From Sedimentisphaerales bacterium (GTDB lineage: Bacteria > Planctomycetota > Phycisphaerae > Sedimentisphaerales > Anaerobacaceae): 32,000 bases of DNA. Below the pieces are notes generated by a model. It was not told the origin of the DNA. It saw only the letters and a program-made list of their open reading frames with translations, and made no database searches. Position numbers and translations under genes: made by a program. Position 1 is the stretch's first letter. Each line of letters begins with the position of its first letter. Below are positions 26,518 to 32,000 of this stretch, one piece after another. The stretch is taken from positions 1 to 32,000 of the forward strand of contig DATKYR010000156.1 of the NCBI GenBank assembly GCA_035528395.1, given 5' to 3'.

Positions 26518-26546
26518 TTGCAATATTGACCGGTTGAATGTAAAGT
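26518..26546 (+). promoter_or_regulatory. Sigma70-like promoter TTGCAA-N17-TAAAGT upstream of tRNA-Arg/guaA
   Basis: ttgcaa 26518-26523, a 17-nt spacer, and taaagt 26541-26546, about 70 nt upstream of the tRNA 5' end. Confidence 0.3.
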
Positions 26547-26614
26547 GGACGAAAATTTGTCTGAAATGCGTTTTTCTTTCAGGACATTATGAGGTCCTAC
26601 AAAAACAGGGATTT

Positions 26615-26688
26615 GCGCTCGTAGCTCAGTTGGACAGAGCAACGGATTTCTAATCCGTAGGTCGCAGGTTCGAGTCCTGCCGGGCGTG
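26615..26688 (+). tRNA. tRNA-Arg (anticodon UCU)
   Basis: Manual cloverleaf. Acceptor gcgctcg/cgggcgt with two G-U pairs. D arm gctc-agttggaca-gagc. Anticodon arm acgga-tttCTaa... with loop TTTCTAA, giving anticodon TCT. Variable loop aggtc. T arm gcagg-ttcgagt-cctgc. No encoded CCA. Confidence 0.93.
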
Positions 26689-26692
26689 TTAT

Positions 26693-28246
26693 ATGAGCCG
26701 AGAAATAATCGCCATCCTGGACTTTGGCAGCCAGTACGGTCAACTGATAGCACGCAGGGTTCGCGAACAGAATGTATATTCCCAAATTTGCCGGGCGGAT
26801 ATAACGGCGGAAGAATTATCACGAATGGGTGTTAGGGGATTGATATTGTCCGGCGGGCCTGCAAGTGTCTATGATAAAAATGCACCAAAATGTGATGAGA
26901 AAATCTTTGAATTGGGTGTGCCGATTTTGGGTATCTGCTATGGAATGCAGTTAGGCTGTCAGATTTTAGGTGCAAAAGTTATTGCTGCCCAAAGACGTGA
27001 GTACGGGCGAACAACTTTGTCCATTCTTGATAAAAGCGATTTGTTTGCAAATCTGCCGGATTCAATCACGGCCTGGGCCAGCCACGGCGACCAGCTCGCC
27101 CCCGCAAGTATCAAGCGGGGGGATGATTTCGTCAAATTGGCGACCACTGATACCTGCCCCTTTGCAGCAGTAAGGCACAAGAGGAGGAAATTTTTCGGCG
27201 TTCAGTTCCACCCCGAGGTCTCACATACGCCCAAAGGAACGCTGATTTTGAAAAACTTCCTGTACGATATCTGCGGCTGCAGCGGCGACTGGAAAATGAG
27301 TGACTTTGTCAGTGAAACCGTAGAAGCAGTTCGCAGTCAGGCAGGCGAGGCCAAAGTGATATGCGGGCTGAGCGGCGGCGTTGATTCGTCCGTTGTGGCT
27401 TCGTTGGTTCATAAGGCGATAGGCGACCAGCTTGTTTGTATTTTCGTTGATAACGGGCTGCTGCGAAAGAATGAACGCGAAAATGTCGTATCCACCTTCC
27501 GGAACCATTTTCATATGGATTTGCGGGTAGTTGATTGGTCTCAGCAGTTTTTATCGGGATTGACTGGCGTGACCGACCCCCAGCAAAAACGAAAGATTAT
27601 CGGCTCTGAGTTTATCAAGGCCTTTGAGTCGCAGGCTCTGAAAATTCCGAATGCCAGGTTCCTGGCCCAGGGAACGCTGTATCCTGATGTTATCGAGTCA
27701 GGCTCAAAGGACGGTAATCCCGCCGCGAATATCAAATTGCATCACAATGTAGGGGGGCTGCCGGCCGAGATGGGCTTTGAGCTGATTGAGCCGTTGCGGG
27801 ATTTGTTTAAGGACGAGGTGCGGGTCGTCGGCGAATATCTGGGACTGCCGGAGGATATCGTCTGGCGCCATCCTTTCCCCGGACCAGGCCTGGCCGTCAG
27901 GGTAGTTGGAGAGGTGACACCCCAACGGCTGGAAATCCTCCGGGCCGCTGATGAAATCTTAATAGATGAAATAAAATCGGCAAGGCTGTACAGAAAGATA
28001 TCACAGGCCCTGGTGGTGTTGATACCTGTCTTAACGGTCGGGGTGATGGGCGATGAGCGGAGCTATGAAAACGTCATTGCTATTCGTGCCGTTGAGACCA
28101 TTGATTTTATGACCGCTGATTTTTCGCAAATTCCCTACGAGGTGCTTGGCATCATATCCAGCAGGATTATAAATGAGGTCAGGGGCGTCAATCGGGTCGT
28201 TTATGATATATCCAGCAAGCCGCCAGCGACAATCGAATGGGAGTAG
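26693..28246 (+). CDS. guaA: GMP synthase (glutamine-hydrolysing)
   Basis: 517 aa. [34 protein letters not shown] (the ATP-PPase P-loop) and the C-terminal ...KPPATIEWE. Confidence 0.97.
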   Translation: MSREIIAILDFGSQYGQLIARRVREQNVYSQICRADITAEELSRMGVRGLILSGGPASVYDKNAPKCDEKIFELGVPILGICYGMQLGCQILGAKVIAAQRREYGRTTLSILDKSDLFANLPDSITAWASHGDQLAPASIKRGDDFVKLATTDTCPFAAVRHKRRKFFGVQFHPEVSHTPKGTLILKNFLYDICGCSGDWKMSDFVSETVEAVRSQAGEAKVICGLSGGVDSSVVASLVHKAIGDQLVCIFVDNGLLRKNERENVVSTFRNHFHMDLRVVDWSQQFLSGLTGVTDPQQKRKIIGSEFIKAFESQALKIPNARFLAQGTLYPDVIESGSKDGNPAANIKLHHNVGGLPAEMGFELIEPLRDLFKDEVRVVGEYLGLPEDIVWRHPFPGPGLAVRVVGEVTPQRLEILRAADEILIDEIKSARLYRKISQALVVLIPVLTVGVMGDERSYENVIAIRAVETIDFMTADFSQIPYEVLGIISSRIINEVRGVNRVVYDISSKPPATIEWE

Positions 28247-28342
28247 CATTTTTAAGTTCTTGTGAGCTTGCGCTGCAACTAAATTCTTCACAGCTGACAC
28301 AAACGGCAAAATATATTTTGAAAAGGTCAGTCGAATATTTCA

Positions 28343-30223
28343 ATGTTGGGCGTTAGAATCCTACACCTTATAAAAACAGCTCTGGAACACCGGTATTTTC
28401 CGGCGGTCTTAGCTGGTGTCACTGTTATAATTATGCTTCCTGCTCTTAAGGCGGGTTTCATACAGGACGACCTGGTCCACCGGGCAAAACTTCTTGAACC
28501 TTCCGAGCTGCCGGAGCGGTTCTATGATATTCGTCTGAGTCCGCCGGACTCCGGCACACTGTCGGGGGCACTTCGTGACATGTACGCTATTGTTTCCACA
28601 AAGCGTGACCATGAGGCGTTCAAGGATTTTGGTTTGTTACCCTGGTGGACGGCTGAGGATTTTCGAGGTTCGAATTGGCGGCCGCTGACCGCCTTTACCC
28701 ACTGGCTCGATTACCAACTGTATCCGAACTCGCCGGTGCTGATGCACGCACATAGTATTATCTGGTTTGCAGCGGTTATATTTATGGTGGCTGTTTTGTA
28801 CCGGAAGCTGCTGGGGCCCGTGTGGATAGCGGGCCTGGCGGCGTTGCTTTATATGATTGATGACAGCAACTATTTCCCGGTAATGTGGATAGCGAACAGA
28901 AATTTGCTGCTGTCGTTGTTTTTCTCGATTCTTACTCTGCTGATGTATCATCGCTGGCGGCAGCAAAAATCCGTATATGCCGGCGTTGCGGTTCCTTTTC
29001 TGTTATTATTGTCTTTATTGTCCACCGAAGCAGGTATCGCCACTTTTGCCTACCTTTTCGCTTACGCCCTTATCATCGACAGGGGAAGTTTGCGGCGGCG
29101 GGCCTTGAGTTTAGCTCCGAGTTTTATCGTGATAGTCATCTGGCGGCTTATCTACAATGCACTGGATTATGGCGCCCGGGGCAGCGGTTTTATTATCGAT
29201 CCCGGGAGCGAGCCTTTGCGTTATGCCTGGGCGGTGGTCAAGCGGGCGCCGGTTCTTCTTTCCGGCCAGTGGGGCTGGCAGCCTGCGGAGATGTTCAGCC
29301 TATTCTCCGACTATGCCAGGAGATGGAATTTACTCACGGCCTGCGTATTCCTGCTTTTGCTCCTGATTGTATTTTTACCACTGCTGCGTAAGAACCGTGT
29401 TGCGTTATTCTGGTTCACCGGGATGATGCTTTGCATTCTTCCAATTTGCGCGACCAGCCCGATGAATCGCAATCTTCTCTTCGCCGCCATCGGAGCTTTC
29501 GGGTTAACCGCACAGTTCATCGGCGGATTGTTCCTCAAAGAGAGCTGGATCCCAAAAACCAGATATTGGCTCGTTCCCGCCTGGATAGTTTGTGTGACTT
29601 TACTATTCATACATATAGTTATTACCGCGGGGACAAGGGTTATTGTGCCAAAAAGGATTTCCTCCATTTTCAATATTTTTTATTCGACTGTTGATGTGGG
29701 CTCGCAGCCTGATATTGAGAATAAAACCGTGGTAGTGGTCAACGCACCCCATCCGTTTCTGTTTTTAGCCATGCCGGTTATGAGGGCCGATGAGGACAAA
29801 CCTTTACCTGAAAGGACCCGCGTTTTGGCTCCCGGGTTTGTGCCGCTGGAAATTACCCGCACCGGAGAAAAAACGCTGTTGCTTAAGGCCCAAACCGGCA
29901 ATATTCTGTTACCTGATACTTCCCGGAAAGATTTTAAGCTGCACTTTGTTTATTTCTATAAAGAATTTAACAGTCTTTTTCGGCCCGAAGACCTGCCGTT
30001 TCGGGCGGGTGAGCGGGTCGAGCTGACCGGGATGTCGGTTGAAGTCATCGGTGTGGATGAAGCCGGTCAGCCGACGCAGGTTCAATTCCACTTTGCCGTT
30101 TCTTTAGACAACCCCTCTCTGAGCTGGTTGCAGTGGGACTGGAAAAAGGGCCGTTTCGGTTCATATTCTACCTTCGAGTTGCCGGCAGTCGGCGAAAAAG
30201 CCTATATACAAGGACCGTTTTAG
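28343..30223 (+). CDS. Large polytopic membrane protein (possibly a GT-C-type glycosyltransferase; function uncertain)
   Basis: 626 aa with about 10 or more hydrophobic segments in the first ~450 aa. An acidic DD motif (GFIQDDLVH) follows the first helix. The C-terminal ~170 aa look like a soluble domain. Confidence 0.7.
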   Translation: MLGVRILHLIKTALEHRYFPAVLAGVTVIIMLPALKAGFIQDDLVHRAKLLEPSELPERFYDIRLSPPDSGTLSGALRDMYAIVSTKRDHEAFKDFGLLPWWTAEDFRGSNWRPLTAFTHWLDYQLYPNSPVLMHAHSIIWFAAVIFMVAVLYRKLLGPVWIAGLAALLYMIDDSNYFPVMWIANRNLLLSLFFSILTLLMYHRWRQQKSVYAGVAVPFLLLLSLLSTEAGIATFAYLFAYALIIDRGSLRRRALSLAPSFIVIVIWRLIYNALDYGARGSGFIIDPGSEPLRYAWAVVKRAPVLLSGQWGWQPAEMFSLFSDYARRWNLLTACVFLLLLLIVFLPLLRKNRVALFWFTGMMLCILPICATSPMNRNLLFAAIGAFGLTAQFIGGLFLKESWIPKTRYWLVPAWIVCVTLLFIHIVITAGTRVIVPKRISSIFNIFYSTVDVGSQPDIENKTVVVVNAPHPFLFLAMPVMRADEDKPLPERTRVLAPGFVPLEITRTGEKTLLLKAQTGNILLPDTSRKDFKLHFVYFYKEFNSLFRPEDLPFRAGERVELTGMSVEVIGVDEAGQPTQVQFHFAVSLDNPSLSWLQWDWKKGRFGSYSTFELPAVGEKAYIQGPF

Positions 30224-30267
30224 AGGACTTTCATCTATTTTATGGAGTGCGTGATGAATACTCTATT

Positions 30268-31332
30268 TCAACGTTGAATAGTCTGATCGCTTTGTTCAAA
30301 AAGCTCGGGCTGGTTGGTAGCGTGCTTCTTTTTGTGGTGTTTTAGGCCGAGGTGTTGGCAGGATTGTTTTGTGAGTTCTCTGCCGCGTTTGGTTCGGCGC
30401 AGGAATCCGATTTGCAAAAGATACGGCTCTACCACATCCTCCAGCGTGTCCCTTTCTTCGCCGAGTGTAGCAGCAATCGCTTCGATACCGGCCGGCCCGC
30501 CGTCATAGACATTAGCCAACGCACGCAAGAACGCCCTGTCTAATTCATCCAGGCCCAACGTGTCAATCTGCTCCATCTTCAGGGCATTTTCGACGATGCC
30601 GGTACTAAGAACTCCTGAGCCTTTTACCTGAGCGTAATCACGGACGCGTTTAAGCAATCGATTCGCCACTCGCGGCGTCCCACGGGAGCGGTTAGCAATC
30701 AATTCCAGCGTTCCATCATCGCACTGCAATTCAAGCAGCTCCGCCGATCTATCTAAAATCTCTGTCAGCTCCCCTGTGCTGTAGAAATCCAGATGATACA
30801 GCATCCCGAATCGGCTGCGAAGCGGAGCACTGAGCAGCCCCGCACGTGTCGTCGCACCAATCAACGTGAAACGCTTCAGCGGGAAATTTATCGTCTTTGC
30901 GTGCAGACCGCTATCGACGGTAAAATCAACCTTGAAATCTTCCATCGCCGGATAAATAAACTCTTCGACCGGCGTACTGAGCCGGTGAACCTCATCGATA
31001 AAAAGCACATCGCCGGTGTTGATATTGCTCAAAAGGCCCATAACGTCACCGGCCTTCGCCAGAGCCGGCCCCGATGAGCAGCGTATCCTTGCCCCCATCT
31101 CGTTCGCCACGACATGGGCAAGCGTCGTTTTGCCGAGTCCCGGCGGGCCGTAAAACAAAATGTGCTCCAACGGCTCAGACCTTTGCTTGGCCGCTGCTAT
31201 CGCTATTGCAACTTTTTCTTTGACGTTGCATTGGCCTACACACTCGCCTAAGAACTTTGGCCGAAGTGAGACGTTGAAATTCTCTTCCTGCTCGTTCAAA
31301 GACTGCCGGCTTATAATTCTGCCTATTGCCAT
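30268..31332 (-). CDS. ruvB: Holliday junction branch-migration helicase RuvB
   Basis: 354 aa. LRPK.L.E.VGQ, the GPPGLGKTTLA Walker A, DEVHRL and TRAGLLS.PLR.RFG. Confidence 0.97.
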   Translation of the reverse strand: MAIGRIISRQSLNEQEENFNVSLRPKFLGECVGQCNVKEKVAIAIAAAKQRSEPLEHILFYGPPGLGKTTLAHVVANEMGARIRCSSGPALAKAGDVMGLLSNINTGDVLFIDEVHRLSTPVEEFIYPAMEDFKVDFTVDSGLHAKTINFPLKRFTLIGATTRAGLLSAPLRSRFGMLYHLDFYSTGELTEILDRSAELLELQCDDGTLELIANRSRGTPRVANRLLKRVRDYAQVKGSGVLSTGIVENALKMEQIDTLGLDELDRAFLRALANVYDGGPAGIEAIAATLGEERDTLEDVVEPYLLQIGFLRRTKRGRELTKQSCQHLGLKHHKKKHATNQPELFEQSDQTIQR

Positions 31333-31422
31333 AATATCACTTAAAACTGTAGATGAGTAGATGTGTAAATGGGTGGATAGCTAACTCATCTACTCTTATA
31401 CGCATTTACGCATTCACTATTT

Positions 31423-32000
31423 TCAGACTTCTACTCCCTGTTGTAACCTATATACCAAAGGCACAAGTGCCTCAGCCGAATTTATATCAGGGTGTTTGCG
31501 AGAAGCCAATTCAATCAGCTCCATTGCTTCGTTTCTTTTTTCACCCCAGGCGATAAGAACCTCCAGTGCCTCGATCTGGAACGGTTTGAATTCAGCTTCC
31601 ATCGGCCTGGCCGATTCGGCCCCAATTGCGAAAGATTGCAGCTTGCCCTTTAGCTCAGCGATAATTTGCTGAGCCATCCTCCTGCCTATCGAAGGCAGTG
31701 ACATCAGTGTCTTATCGTCGGCGTTCTCTATCGCCGCTGCGATGGTAGCTATCGGGATGCTCAGCGACCGCAGTCCCTTTTTTATGCCCATTCCTTTGAC
31801 ACTGATATATTTGGTGAAAAAATCCCTTTCGCCCGCATTTAAGAAACCAACTATTCTTGGTATCAGGTTTCCTCCGCCCAGTGTGCCCTCATAGTATTCC
31901 ATAGTGCAGAGAGATATATCCGAGCCGATCTCGCCGGACAGCGCATTTACACAATAGCTCGGCAGCATTACTTCATAGCCGACCGCCCCAACCTGCACCA
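31423..32000 (-). CDS. ruvA: Holliday junction DNA-binding protein RuvA (N-terminus beyond the window edge)
   Basis: VGAVGYEVMLP... is the OB-fold start. The helix-hairpin-helix region is L.S.PSIGRRMAQQIIAELKGK, followed by C-terminal domain III. The apparent start at 31998 is an internal GTG, so about 15-20 residues are missing. Confidence 0.9.
   Translation of the reverse strand, partial: VQVGAVGYEVMLPSYCVNALSGEIGSDISLCTMEYYEGTLGGGNLIPRIVGFLNAGERDFFTKYISVKGMGIKKGLRSLSIPIATIAAAIENADDKTLMSLPSIGRRMAQQIIAELKGKLQSFAIGAESARPMEAEFKPFQIEALEVLIAWGEKRNEAMELIELASRKHPDINSAEALVPLVYRLQQGVEV

Noticed and set aside
1-32000. CRISPR arrays, rRNA genes, prophage or integrase genes
   Set aside because: I saw no regularly spaced short direct repeats, no rRNA-like sequence, and no integrase, capsid or terminase-like ORFs. 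The only regular tandem repeats are the coding repeats inside the secretin gene.

Overview
32-kb chromosomal window. By gene content it looks like a PVC-superphylum bacterium, Planctomycetota/Phycisphaerae-like: a DUF1559-type prepilin-like protein, a Tat-exported Cys-type sulfatase and SUMF1-family proteins. That taxonomic call is inference only. The housekeeping backbone is glmS, hisH-hisF, a GNAT, glnA, a sulfatase plus SUMF1-like pair, clpB, tRNA-Arg(UCU)-guaA, a large polytopic membrane protein, and ruvB-ruvA. Accessory or unusual content: (i) a DarT-DarG toxin-antitoxin/defence pair (189-1925) in visibly AT-richer DNA. (ii) An IS200/RAYT-type Y1-transposase unit with an internally deleted tandem mini-copy and a related nested palindrome (6335-8153). 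(iii) A ~185-bp structured repeat in the glnA leader, with a second copy cut by the left window edge. (iv) A HEPN plus degenerate-nucleotidyltransferase-like two-gene module (13872-14662). (v) A minus-strand cluster (17673-25861), the most unusual locus. It encodes two small secreted proteins with WxL-like C-termini and a ~560-aa secreted tandem DUF916/DUF3324-like protein. It also encodes a 1175-aa secretin carrying eight ~75-aa N-terminal repeats and a translationally coupled lipoprotein. No T2SS, T4P, T3SS or phage partner genes occur in the window. I consider (v) the best candidate for an undescribed system. No rRNA, CRISPR array or prophage was seen. All similarity statements are by-eye motif recognition; no searches were run.
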